From the NCBI GenBank assembly GCA_036172245.1, contig JAYWIR010000050.1, positions 620,001-684,000 on the forward strand: DNA of 64,000 nt. Reading direction: 5' to 3'. A program made the translations under genes and the position numbers. Numbering within the stretch: position 1 is the first letter of the stretch; each line of letters opens with the position of its first letter. Below, piece by piece: positions 1 through 12,550 of the stretch. A model generated the notes under the pieces. That model was not told the origin of the DNA and ran no database searches. It was given only the letters and a program-made list of their open reading frames with translations. The DNA is from Raillietiella orientalis. Its lineage: Eukaryota.

Positions 1-798
1 CAACATACGTCTTCGACCATTTCTTGCAGCTGTATGCGGTGAAGGCTCTTCTCGAGAGACTGCATCACTGAGAAGTGGTGAATCTGAAAGCTCAGATGTT
101 TGAGAAAAGAGCATTTCCTGTCGTTAAGTAATTTTTGCACGTGCAGCGTGTGCAGTTGTAATTACTCGTGAGTGAAATCCTGAAAAAAGGCAACCGCTGT
201 TTCATAACGGAGCACTTGGAAGCGTCAGCAGCTTCCCTGCTTGCGGGCAATGCCACATTTCGATGTTCCTCAACTCTTGCAAAGTTCCACTGGAGATGGA
301 AGAGGCGGAGGCGGAGTAGAGCAGTTTTAGAGGTTGCTCTGCTTCTCTATGATTTGCCGATGGCATGTTCCGTGTACAGATGGAATTGGCACGAAAGAAG
401 CGGAAAATAAAGATGAACATGAAAAATCGAGACGAATTTTATGATTTCACAGATTTCTGCGTAGGCCGAGTGACCTCCAATTCCCACGGACCTCGCACTT
501 TTCTGCCGAGAAATTTTGCGGATAGCGTATAATTAGTCTCACGCTTTGTGCATACAGAAGGATGGCTGCTGCCTTCCCCTTCTCCCCTTCTGGAGTCGCG
601 AAAATTAATAGATTGAAAAATGTGGATTTTTTCCCGAGTCCGTGGTCCGTCGCGCTTTCCGTTGATGGGATAGGTCTATAGGTTGATGGGATGTCGCGGA
701 AGAGATAGGGAATGATCGCGTTACTCGACTGGAAGCGCATTTGTCGCCTGACGTTGGCTAGCTGCAAGAGATTCGAGATGAGATGAGAAACAAGATGG

Positions 799-1080
799 AT
801 GCTGCCGTTGGGTACCCGCGTGAAGCGTCTCGCAATGCTCGAAATGCGAATCCTACGAGAAAATCTCGAAAAGCGTCGCACTGTGGATGAGTTTTCGAAT
901 TTCTTGGCCATTAATGGACTCGCAGAGCTGCAGCACGTTAATCCTCACGGCCGTCGCGTGTCTTCTGAGACTGTCGACTGGCGTCCGTCCCAGGTTCGTT
1001 TTCAAGGCAGGAAACCCGTCGCGAGTCCGCGAGCCGGGTCATTTGAAGTTCCGGAAAGCAAGGTCGGGTCGTGCTCATAG
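799..1080 (+). mobile_element. Decayed RTE-like non-LTR retrotransposon C-terminal remnant
   Basis: Translation LAMLEMRILREN...RRVSSETVDWRPSQVRFQGRKP resembles the RTE-clade C-terminal pattern (E.K.LR ... W.P...R..GRP). Highly degenerate. Confidence 0.4.
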
Positions 1081-2687
1081 ATCGCAAGAATTTCCAAACG
1101 AAAGTTTCCCCATCGCGTTTCAGGTCAACATCCAGAAAGACGACCGGCTTTGGTCAAGGCGTTCAACGGAACCCCTTGGACAAATGAATTGCGATTTCAC
1201 GAGATGCCCCCCGGTCAACCGCTGGCACAGCGTGTGCCGATGGCGGTGGCGATGCATGAGGCACCTGAATTCTAGAAGCAGCTCTCCTTTATGGCCACCA
1301 CAAGGTCACCGTCGTCGAACCACTTTTTCGTCTTTGCAAACCCAGCACCTGGATTTGGAAGCAGCTCTCTCGGAGAACAGGCCTGTCTGCACATGAAGCT
1401 GTCCTAAGGATGAGCCACATACACATCGTCTGTACAGTCGATTGTACGAACGCCGTTGCTGCTCGTAAGATGTGTCCGCCTACTGAGGTTTTCGCTTTTG
1501 CTTATGGACGCACCGCCGGTCAGGTGGGACACGGTTCCATCGGATGCCAATTGTGTGCCAAGAGTCGCGTTGCTGATTCCATCCTCAATCGGCAATGCCA
1601 TCGGCATGGGAATCGAATTTGTGAAAAGCTATCATCTCTTTATGGAATTCTTAAAGCTCTTTTAAATGATTCACAGAATCAACATGAAGGATAATCGTTT
1701 CAATTTGTCCGAATGTCCCATTTCCGCGTTACCTTGGAAGTCCTTGCTAACATCGTTTCCTCCGGGAGTCAGGATTCCTTCTGATAATGGATCTGCATTG
1801 TGTTGAATTTATGGACAAACTTATGCACTGCTAATGACGAAATTTAAGGCCGTCATGAACTATGTATGTGTACCTATATATGAGCGAGTCCAATTATTTA
1901 TGAGTTCGCTGGTTGCGTGAACCGTTCTCGGTCCCCACACTTCTCAGACTCGCTGGCATAAATTAATTGCCGCGTTCAGTGAAAGTTCGTTCATGACGAC
2001 GCAGGCAAACTCTGCTTGCTGTTTCCATTAGCGAACCGACAATTCCGAGCAGTGAGCACTCTGAAATGAGCGTTTCTCTTGAGATCGACATGCAGATGGG
2101 CCAGAGCGTGGTCCCTTGAGTTATCTCTAAGATGCTTTTCCCTTGTACATTCCTCCGCTAATGTGAGTGAACACTCTGCTCGTTATGCAGTCGTGTGTTG
2201 CAGCAGTTGCCAAACATGAAGGAACCGAGGATTTTCTATTCACAAGTTTTAGGAAAATCACTCTTCCGCAAGGCTCTTCTGGAATTCAACAGATTCCAGC
2301 ACTGAGACTGTTAAAAGTCTCTCTTTCTGCTTCCTTTTTAAGTTCCCTGTCCATAACGACGGTTACAATTTTTGATTGAAACGGGTGTAGCGCTGCCAGT
2401 TTATCACATGTGGAACTACAAACGAACACTCGGTTTGAGGGTGATAAGCTCGCAGCCTCGAAAAATTTGCATGGATGGCACCTGCAAGGACCGGGTACGA
2501 TTTCAGTTTGCCTGTATGTCGACTGTGGGGCCCTGACAGGCAAAAAATTTACTCTTTCGAGTTTCTCAAAACTCGGGAATGCCTCAAACGTAGAAAATGC
2601 TTTCTACGAACAAAAAGTGTGTTCCGAGTCGCAACTAAAACAGGAAAAACGAAAAACGATCAAGGAAAAAATATATTGGCGCTTGAT

Positions 2688-5209
2688 TCAGGCTCGAAGC
2701 AAAAACAAAAGAAGACATCCAAGTAAACTGCAGGTCAAAGTCCTGGAAAAAAAAAGAAAGAAAGAAACAGTCTACATCAAAAAGGAATCATCGGCAAGAA
2801 TCACAAGTTAATTTTCACAAATCTACTACTGTTATCATTTACAGTCCCATCAGATAGACCAACTTACCACTGCAACATCACAGCTGGGGTTGAGTGCCAC
2901 TTGGGATCATAGGCAACAGCCTTGTAGCATTGGTGACGTGAAAACATCTTAATAATCTCTTCACTCCTAGAAGGATTCTGCAATTACCATCGAGTTCTGT
3001 TCGTCATAAACTTACACGATTTAAAATTTCATTATTATTTTAAAGCAGCAAAGTATGCAGAAAGGCTCTTTGAATGAAAGAAAATCACGCTTTTTCACAC
3101 CCATACAAAAAAAAATCCTTTGCACCTAACATTCTCATTTCTGAGTCAAGAAAACTTCAGAAACACATATTATTGACTTAAGAAGAATTATAACTTTATA
3201 ATATAATTGAACTTTATTTGAAGCAAAAGCTGACAAGCTGATGTTTTTGTTTACCATTTTTGGGGAAATGGTGATGACCTACTTATCAAATAAACATATA
3301 AAAGGAGGTAGCTATGGTAACACGAATGGCTAAATAAAGGAAAAACTACTAACCCACGCTTTGAAGTAACAGCAACCATTACAGATCTCCAACTGATCTG
3401 TTGTACATCTACTGAGCCATGACGAGAAGCCAGTTGGGCAACCTAAGTTACAGACAGTCAACATGAATGAACCGATAATTATTACCATAAACATTTTCAC
3501 TCAAGTTAAACAGTAATTTTCTCTTAATATCTTTCATATTTGTTTGTGCATCTACTAATTCAAACATTATACAAACTAAGCATGCTTTACCTCTGATAAG
3601 TTAATGTGCTTCCAATATTTGCGTTGTACATACAGATACCATACTGAAGATTCAGGATCTGATCCATCCAAAGTCTAAATATGAGATAAAGAGGATGTGA
3701 GAAAGAAAAATTTCATGCCAACCAGATATTTTGTTGATCCACGAGGCAAATTTACTTTGCTTGAATGTTCTTGGATGGCTGCTAAACATTCTTGGAATGC
3801 CAACTGCCTATCACCTGTACACCTGAACACAACGATAAGTTACCCAAAGAGTCCTACATACTTGAGTGTTGATTTAGCTAACAAATACGCCATGCTAAGA
3901 AAACAACATCCAGTCATGTAAGCATCATAACCTGCCTCATGGGGTAGACTTTCACCTAAACTAAAGTGTGGTTACAACTGTGCAACACACATCATCTTAC
4001 CATAACGATCACTTTCTTCTGATAGCGTTACTCTGGGTGCAAAGAAGAGATCAGCATTGTTGAGAGGATCCATTACTTTGTAAAGATCGGAAAGAGAAGT
4101 AGGGCTTGATCCTGGAAAAATGCACTCAAGTTTTTTTTAATTCACAGCATTTCTTACTTAGAAATCCCTGTTCCCTGAGATGAGAAGCCATGTATTTGGT
4201 GTCAAACAGAATAGGAAACAGCTGATGCAGCTCACTCTTAAAACTAGCAAAATTTTCTGGAAATACACGAACAATGAAGCTGAAGGGAAATGCATCATAG
4301 CACCTGGGAGGGGATTGACAAATTGCTGGTAAAAGAGCAACATATCCAATAGACAATTATGACCAATAATAACCTTCCGTTCACGACTTAATAAATCAAA
4401 AATTTCAGAAACACCACGTAGATACGTAAGCAATTGGTGCTGAACCAGCTGTTTGTCTACTGAACAGCTATCTGGATTCTTAGTGACTAATAACTGTTCA
4501 CCGGACATGGATGTATTCAGTGCAGGAAAGTTCTGTTGCAACCGTAGTTGCAGCAAACAAGATAATAATTGTTCACGAACATCTAGGGTAAGTCTATCGC
4601 CTGAAACAGCATGTACATTCCACTCCACAACTTGGCTGTACAGTGTTTTGAACACTTTTTCTTCATCTATTCCAAGTGCACGCTCTGCATCAACTGTGAG
4701 AGCTGTAAGCATATCAGCAGCCTCAGTTTGATTCAGATATGGAATGCCATGATATGCCAACTAAAGGGGAATCTCATATTTCTATAGCACTAGCTCACCT
4801 TATTGAAATCAAAGTTATTCTTGCAGTGGAAATCAACCGTGGATGCTTGCCAGCAAAAACGGGGATCATGCGAAAGGATAGCTTTGGGTGATACATATAC
4901 ATTATAGGCATGTGCTCGAAAGTGATTTTTGCTACCACACACTTCTTCAAATGCACAGATGCCTAACTGGCAAACTATGAAGTGACGCATACCCAAACGC
5001 AATTTGTGATAGCAGGCTTGGGGTGAATCAAAAAGGCTGCAATGGGCTCTAACACTGATAGAAAATGATGGATTCTACCTTGGACGCATATTTTCATTAA
5101 TTCGCAATCCGGTAAATTCGGCATCCAAGGCAACAAAAACTGAATTGCGCAGCACTTTGAGAATCTCCGGAAGGTAGAAACTGAAATTTTCCTTTAGGAC
5201 GTCACACAT
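2688..5209 (-). CDS. PNLDC1: PARN-family (CAF1/DEDD) 3'-5' exonuclease, PNLDC1/Trimmer-like, multi-exon
   Basis: ATG at 5209: MCDVLKENFSFYLPEIL...VALDAEFTGL; then SLFDSPQACYHKLR, CQLGICAF, FDFNK/LAYHGIPYL, IIGHNCLLDML, LFDTKYMA, HEAGYDAYMTG (DEDDh residues intact). All introns GT-AG (e.g. 5037-5078, 4761-4798, 4257-4303). Last exon 2688-2742 encodes a hydrophobic tail WTLTCSLLGCLLLFLLRA*, which favours PNLDC1/Trimmer over PARN. Confidence 0.85.
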
Positions 5210-5315
5210 TGTGTTTTTAAATGTGAATCTAATAAAGAAACATGCTCAAAATGCAAAGGAATGGTGTTTTTCCCTCCCTTCCCACAGCTATATTTCCTAA
5301 TGCCACTTAAAAAGA

Positions 5316-5321
5316 TTTATT
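5316..5321 (-). promoter_or_regulatory. Polyadenylation signal (AATAAA) of the PITP gene
   Basis: AATAAA on the minus strand about 94 nt after the PITP stop codon. Confidence 0.65.
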
Positions 5322-5414
5322 ATGAGTATCATCTGCAAGAATGGTCAGGAGCAAACAGCTGCATTTGGAAACAACCAGCAAAACTTTGGAATGCACAGAC
5401 AGGGCTCTCCAGAT

Positions 5415-7092
5415 TTAGTCGGCACTAAACCCTTTGACAGCACCCTTAGTCAGTTGCTAGGGGAGAGAGAAATGAGCAGAAAGTGAAGGGCTGGGAAATA
5501 TAATAAGTACCTCTTCCAACTGTTTTCGAGTTTCTTCTTCCAGTTCTCTGATTTGTACCATTGTCATACCATACCACAAGTCCAAACTGCAAAACACCTG
5601 CCAAAACATGTTATGAATCGTGCTAATGTACAAACTTGTCTATGAAAAGTACAGAATAGCCTTCTTTCCTGCTTTTGGATGAACTCTTCCACACGGCTCT
5701 GCAAGCCAAACCATTTAAATTCTGTTGTGACTAGTTTATAACAGCACATCAATGGGGAAGTCTATGAAAGTTCAATAAGAGTAACTCTTATATTTGACTT
5801 ACCATTTTCATCCAATTTGGCTTCAGTGGTCCTCTACCTGATTTCACGGAATAGTACAGAGCTGGATCGTATTCCACACAGTAATCCCGACTGTCTACTG
5901 GGTCAGCAGCAATATCTATGGGCACAACCTCCCTCTGCTTAAGTGTTTCTGGATCAAGTTGGTGCACCTGCAAAACGAAAGCAAACAGATGTGAGTGCTA
6001 CATACAGGGCATAACCTACATTTTCTTGCTGGCCGTCATCATCAAGATGATATGTCTCAATCACAATATAAAAGCACTCCTTCATGTATCCTGGATTCTA
6101 ACAACCACACTTCAGTGTCCCATCATCCCTCATCAAGCACCCTACCGAGAGGACTGTTTTGCAGTAAGGATAAGCATTCCATGCTTGCTCATGGATTTCA
6201 AGTGCTCCTTTAGGAGCTAGCAACCGAATGAAAGCAGGAACTTTGCTGAAACAGATGAAATAGCACGTCAATGGTTACTGCAATTGCTAAGTTGTTCAAG
6301 GAGTTTGAAAGAGCATCCATGACTTTATCATACACATAATTGGCGAAACATAGATACCTGGCCAAATGATATATTTTATAAGTATATTGTCCTTTAGTAA
6401 ACATTCCATTTAACAGTGGATAATTATCGTATGGTTCATTCTTCAACACTTCAATACCTTCTCCACCTCCAGTGTTTTGCTTACTGGCTTCAGCTACACA
6501 ATGCAACTGAGCAACCTGGTACTAAAAAGAGATTGTTTTGAACAGGAAAAAATATTCAACCTAATTTATACTGGCAAATATCTCTTATAATTTCTTGAAA
6601 ATACTGCAATAGAAAATGCAACTTACGATGAAAAACTGAATTCGGTATACAAAAAAAAAAAAAAAAAAATTTATGAATACTCACTTCTTCCACCGTTAGT
6701 GGCATAACAATACGGCTGAAACAAAAACTCGGTTATAAAAAAGCATACAATAAATTATGAAGCTTTAAACATAGACTGGTTAACTTCTCTTTCCAGACTC
6801 AGTCTTAAAATTTTTTTGATTATAAACCAAGAATCTTAAAGTCCTATCTCTTAAAATACCCTGTAGCCATACATGATTACTCATAACAGTAAACACGGAA
6901 ATTCAAACTGATTTACTCATAAGTTCCCTAGGATCAATGCCTGGATCATAATAAAAATTACATCAGAGTCCTTGCTATGAAATAGCTGGACATCTGTGCT
7001 TCTCAGCATAATCATTTCAAATCACATAACTACTCCAACCAATGAAATGGGATATCATGCAAACTTCATACTTACTATTCTTTAATAAGCAT
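5415..7092 (-). CDS. Class I phosphatidylinositol transfer protein (PITP alpha/beta-like), multi-exon
   Basis: ATG 7092 [46 protein letters not shown]...[58 protein letters not shown]; ends [13 protein letters not shown] (TAA 5415-5417). GT-AG introns. Confidence 0.95.
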
Positions 7093-8319
7093 TGTATGTT
7101 AGAAAACATATAGTGAAGTACATTACAAGGTCACGTACAAAAGTGTTATCGTTCGGAAGATTTTCTCCTGATGGAATGGTCAGCACGAAAATTCTGCACA
7201 ATAAGAAACAACAATTACATAGAGGGTACATACTAACGTGTCTGACGGATAAATACACATTTTGATAATATTTTTTTTTTTTTGTTCAAGTTGACATTAC
7301 AAGCTGAAATTGCTGCGCTGCTTAACGTTCCGCAACGAGACATTTTTCCTTTGATTTGCACAATTTGAAAAGAAGCAGAAATACATTAAAAAATTAAATT
7401 ACTGTTTCGGTATTCCAAACCGAAGATGCTGATAGCTTAAAATTGCATATCACCCATTCTATGAACGAAACATAACGGCACGGCTCTCTACTCGGTGAGG
7501 CAATTCCGAGCCGTTGCGAGCGCAGCTTCCGCGAGCTTCGCGCGTGGAAGGGAGACGTGGAAAGCTGGCTGGCAGCCTACGGAGGCCAGCGGGGCAAAAA
7601 TCGAAGTTGCCCCCCGATAAATAGGATAAATAGAGCGCCGCCCCACCGCCGTCCCCCGGGCAAGCCACGGGCTTCCAAAACCGCCTCGGAGATCCACCCC
7701 AGGTGCATTCCCGCGACAGGGGCAAATCTCCGGTGGATAATCCATGGGAGACCCACACACTCCAAGCATTCCTTTCCCACCCCGGGGATTCCACGCCGAG
7801 TCAACCGGGTCGGGAATGATGTAGAAGGGGAGGGGGGAAAGTAAAGAATTCCACCACGTCACACCCGTCATCGATCTACGTGTAAGTTTCAGTTAGTGAA
7901 GGAAAAAAAAAAGAAGAAGAAGAAGAAATGCCTGTTAGCTATGTAGAGTCCTGCATAGCAATCCGTTTATCACGCATAAGCAAAGAAAAAGCCTTCGTGA
8001 ACTTGAGATGTTTCCAGATGCATCTGGAAACATCTCAAGTTTTAGTTGCACATGTAGGTAGCGAAGCAGCCTTCCCGGAAGATTCACTTTTCAGCCTCCC
8101 CTACAACAACTCCAATGGGGACGGTGCTTTGCTCCATCTACTTTCTCCTCGCAACTTATCTCTTCTCCTGTCTTTTTGGGATGCAGATAGAGGAGCCATT
8201 TGCTGCTTATTTAATTAGTGACGACGGGCAACTTGCACAGTATTCATCATGATTCTCGATGGTGAGCTAAGAGTGCAACGGCATAAAAGAACCGATAATC
8301 AAATGTTAAGCCCTATTTT

Positions 8320-8900
8320 ATGTGAACGAAAAGGTGAATGCTTGTGGTTGGTTTCCTTTAGCTTTCTTGCCTAGGATCGCACGAACAGCTTTTAAAAAGA
8401 AAAACTCTCGTCCCCGGGGGGTGAGACGAAATGCTCTTCGTACTGTTACATAGGTTGAGAGGAACCCCTCCTTCCCAGGTTTCTGGAAACTCTTACGACT
8501 CCTGCAAATTGCTTGCAAATCGTTACACGACGGAGTTCCACACGATTCAGGAGGAGAATGCCGATTTTGAAAACGATGGACCACAACATGTTGTTAACTT
8601 CAGCATGGAGTTCACGATGTTGAAAAGAATAAATCAACCACGCGGTCACGGCATTTTCCATTTTCTGCACGCAAATATCATCCGGTTCACATGCTGTTCG
8701 TGAAATCAATCCAGGCGGAGTGTGAGCTCTCGAGTCGAAGGTGTTCCGCCCATAGTAAAGTCCCCAATCAGAAGTTTCAAATGGAATTCATCAGATCGTG
8801 CTGCACCACCACGGGCACCTAAGCGTTTTGGGATCCCATATGTGATGATCTGAGAGAACACAACGAAACCAGCTTCAGTACACTAATGGTTGAGGGACAA
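8320..8900 (-). mobile_element. Decayed LINE reverse transcriptase remnant (CR1/L2/Jockey-like)
   Basis: Degenerate RT motifs in order on the minus strand: TYGIPKRLG (~GVPQGSxLGP), EPDDIC (~YADD), LLLNRVELRRV...FAGVVRVSRNL (~LNG..LE.V..FKYLGV). Confidence 0.45.
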
Positions 8901-10149
8901 CTCGGTGCCGCCCCCGCCAAATCATTTCTCCTCCTAAAATCAGACAGCAGACCTTCCGATTTTGTCGAGCGTCATTTTGTTGAACGGCAGGAATGGTTCT
9001 TCCTACTTGACTTGATTTCAGTTGACCGACTCCGATTCTAAATCTTCGCGGTTATTAAAAAGTTATGGCCATCCTGCCGCTCGTGTTCGTTTTTCCGGGG
9101 GAGCGAGGCCGGAAGGTGCTGACCAAATATGCGAGTAAGGACATCTGAATGTGGGGCCTGTCCACCCCACGTTCACACCGCATTGAGAGTTCATTCCCTC
9201 AAAACGAATGCAATTTTCGAAGCCCACTATAATTTCGTGCCACTCGAAAACGCTGCTATGGAGATTTGGCTTCACGGCTGGAGCTCGTTCACGGAAATGA
9301 GGGAAGAAGTTTCCCAACTTTCCCTAAAGTTTAAGATGTGTAGATGCAATTTACCTTCCCACGTTTCAAATTCCGTTTCTTTGAGTGGGTAGCAAATTCA
9401 CTAAAAAAAAAAAAAAAAACGTGATGAAAACAATCTCGCGTAGGGCTAACAGCAAACTGCAATTGACTAAGATTTTAGGACGAATCTCGAAGTTTGGCCA
9501 ACTAAAATGCAGGCTTTCGCATCTTTGTCCTTCCATTCATCGATATCGCGAAGTTACTGACATTCTAAATAGATAGAACCGATCGATTTGCTTTCAAAAC
9601 GACCACAAAATAGGGATGGCAGTTTACGTTTTTTTTTTTTTTTTCTTCCTGTTTCAGCTTGCGTATATTATTGAGTATAGGAAATGAATGCTAAAGTCGC
9701 ACTTTCATTCGTGGATGGCTGATAGATAGATTTTGGCATTTGCTCGTGGCTACTGATGCATCACTAACTGGTATACTAATAACTGTTTCAAACTGAAAGT
9801 GCTCAAATTCATAGCTCAGAGAGGCTGAACTTCATTTTGTCTGCAGCCGTGATTTAAGGCTTATCGTCTCCATGCTACCGCCGCCATCCATCAACTACTC
9901 ACTTATTATGGAAAACTGATGAATTAAATGAGAAGAAAAAAAAAAAAAAAAGACAGTAAATGAAATTAGAATGCTTTCTCAATTCAGGTGGTCAAAGAAA
10001 TGCCCGCTTTACGGCTGAATCACGTCAAATTATTCGCCTCGGAATTCTACATGTTTTTTGTCCTGCTTTGCAAAGAGGCCACACGTTCCTGGAAAACCAT
10101 GCTTAAGATGAATGGATTCAGAAGCAGCGTGGTGGAAAGTTGGAACGGG

Positions 10150-10680
10150 TTAACAGCAGTTTCGATAAAGTGCCACGTTCCTATCCCCACGATACCAAAA
10201 CCAGCGCAGTGAGGAGGCATCCTCGTTCTTCTCGAGGAGTAGTAGGGTCAAGGACCAAAATCGGTTACATGGGAATGGGAAGTCGCCGGGTCCTCAGCGT
10301 GCCCACTATGCGAGTCGCCAGCAGCCTTTCCGGCTACACGGCGTGTTAGGGGCATGCCGAGTTTGAGAGATGCCACAGGGCAAGGATACAACCGAGACCA
10401 TGCGAAAACAGGGATCGAGTGCAAACTGACACCGCATTCGGAGCAAAGGTCGCAGGATGGTTGGCTCCCGGGGAGAGCACGGGGAGCGCACCTCGACCTG
10501 CGTGCGAGTGACCCCCCATCCCACAGTTCGCAGAGCAGGCGTTGAAAGAATGAAAGCCCTCGAGGGATGGAACGAAGCGCTGCAGCCTCTTGCAGGGAAA
10601 GAGGGAGAGCCGGGGCAAACACGTCAGATTCGTGAGAACGCAGCAGCAGCAACGTGTGAACACTCGAAGGCACACATCAG
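10150..10680 (+). mobile_element. Possible decayed LINE ORF1 (gag-like zinc knuckle) remnant
   Basis: GC-rich block with broken Cys/His spacing (TAC*GHAEFERC...GSRGEHGERTSTC) like CCHC knuckles. Stops and frameshifts present. Confidence 0.3.
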
Positions 10681-11714
10681 GATTCTTACATTCGCTTTAC
10701 CTCCCAATCACACACACAACAACAAAAAAAAAAAAGACCTAAGCAGAATCTTTTCCGAATCGTCAACAAAAAGAAAAAAACACTTTTTCGTGTTGGTGCT
10801 TAGACGTGCATTTCGAGCATACTTTTTGCTGGAATCGAAAGTTCTTCCTTTGATTACTTCACACTTAGGTGCAAATCATTTCGTTTTCAGTAAGGAATCA
10901 TCATAAACTTGAAAGAACCGTTTATAATTAATTAATCCACAAAACAAAATATGATGAAAAGAGAATTATAGAAAAAAAAAAAAAAAAGGCATCAAATAAC
11001 CATTCCATCTCCATGGGAGTTGGGCGGGATGCCTGAAAGGGGACGACAGCAAAGGAACGGAACAGCCCCTTTTCTGAACAAATATTTTCGCAAGAAAAGC
11101 GCCGAAGAAGAACAAATGAAGTACAAGGAGGCAGATCAGGGTGCCGTTAACCACGAAGTGAGGTCGCAAGTGCTCACAATCAACCACCAGAAACGGCGAA
11201 AACCATAGAAACAAGGATGCATCCTTTGCTATCCTTGCTGGAAATACAACGTGCAGCTTTCTGGCTCCATTTTCGAAAAAAAAAACGACCAGGAAGATTT
11301 CTCTCCCTCTTTCTCTCTCTCTCTTTCCGTTCGTGTTTGCGAACAAAACGGAGGATCCCTTTCCTCCTGTTGAAATTCGACACCGTAACGTGAGCATGAA
11401 ATTCCACACTTAAACGGGCAAAAACTGAAACACTTCACCCGTAGAGATGCTGCTGCCTTCGTGAACACCCCCACCTGAACCACTCGTGGCCAGAGGCTGA
11501 ACCGAAATGGAAACCAGCCGTGTTTGCACGCTACCGCCTGTGGGATCAAAAACGCCAACGAAGATGGACACAAAGAGAAGACAACGTGAGCAATGGAATA
11601 GGCACCCGAAGACCCACGACGTGAGGGGATGATGGAAATCCTTTGGGGTTCTTTTCTGTCTTCGCTGTTTTTTCCCTTCCAGCATTTTTGTTCAGGTTTT
11701 TCAGGTTTTCTTTC

Positions 11715-12550
11715 TTTTTTTTTTTTTGGTTCGCTAAGTACCTCAAGAGCCGGTCGGGTGCCTCGCGGCGCACGTGGCTCTTTAACACTGTTCCACGCCA
11801 CCCGCGGAGGGTGCGTGTTATTCCTCAAGATACCCCGGAAGGGGGTCCGCCCCATGAATCCAGGAAGGCTTGGAGTCTGCTCCCCTCACGTTTGGGGAGG
11901 GGGATCGCACCCTGGTTGTCTCCGAAGGGGAACCCAGAAGGGAACCTCCTTCCTCATTCTCTCCGGAGGGACCCCTTCGGAAAAGGGGTGGTCCTCTCCA
12001 TTTCATCTTCTACTGAGGGAACTCGCAAGGGAACCGCTCCTCTTCACTCCTCTGAAGAGAACCCCGAAGGGACGCTTCCAATATTCAGAAAGGGCGCTGA
12101 AGCTTCCCGCAGGGGGATCGCTCCCGCTTGCTTCCTTGCACTCTTCTGGAGAGGCAGCGACTCGGAGGGTCCCCCCGCAACAGAGGGGGGTCCGCTCCTT
12201 TGAACAACTGGAGAGGTGCCCGTGAGGGCTCCTGATCCATCTTGAAACCGGAGGGGTCCCCCGGTGAGGGGGGTTCGCTCTCCGTTGCACGACAGGAGTA
12301 AGAACTCCCCACTCCTCTATTCCTGGAAGAATCCGAAGGTCGACTCCCGTCGTTCTGGCCTTCATCGGGGGCCTCCAACTTAAACGACCCCCGGTGCCAC
12401 GCTCGAATGTCTCGGCCAACCAGCGCCATTGCAGGAGAAACTCGGCACCCACCGACGCAGTGGCGTCAGAGTTTCTGCCGGAGTATTCGAACCCGCGACG
12501 CGTGGTGCCACACGCGGAAGCCTTAACCACAAAGCCTCCCGCGTGAGGGG
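11715..12550 (-). mobile_element. tRNA-derived SINE, copy B, with A-rich tail
   Basis: Minus-strand head has A-box-like GTGGTTAAGGC and B-box GGTTCGAATAC (12483-12493). Body aligns with 59900-60600. Ends in an A13 run (T tract 11715-11727). Confidence 0.75.

Noticed and set aside
1261..1371. Imperfect direct repeat of about 25 nt (GCACCTG...GAAGCAGCTCTC) about 85 nt apart
   Set aside because: Only two copies with mismatches; a local duplication with no further structure.
1404..1607. Protein-like ORF MPMALPIEDG...DDVYVAHP on the minus strand
   Set aside because: No recognisable family and no linked exons; it lies in a repeat-derived GC-rich block.
2688..7092. Pseudogenes or frameshifted genes suggested by the fragmented ORF track
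   Set aside because: Every break I traced is explained by a canonical short intron that restores the conserved frame.
11229..12530. Long overlapping ORFs of 175-243 aa here and at 59743-60474
   Set aside because: Open frames in GC-rich SINE sequence; the frames are not conserved between the two copies.
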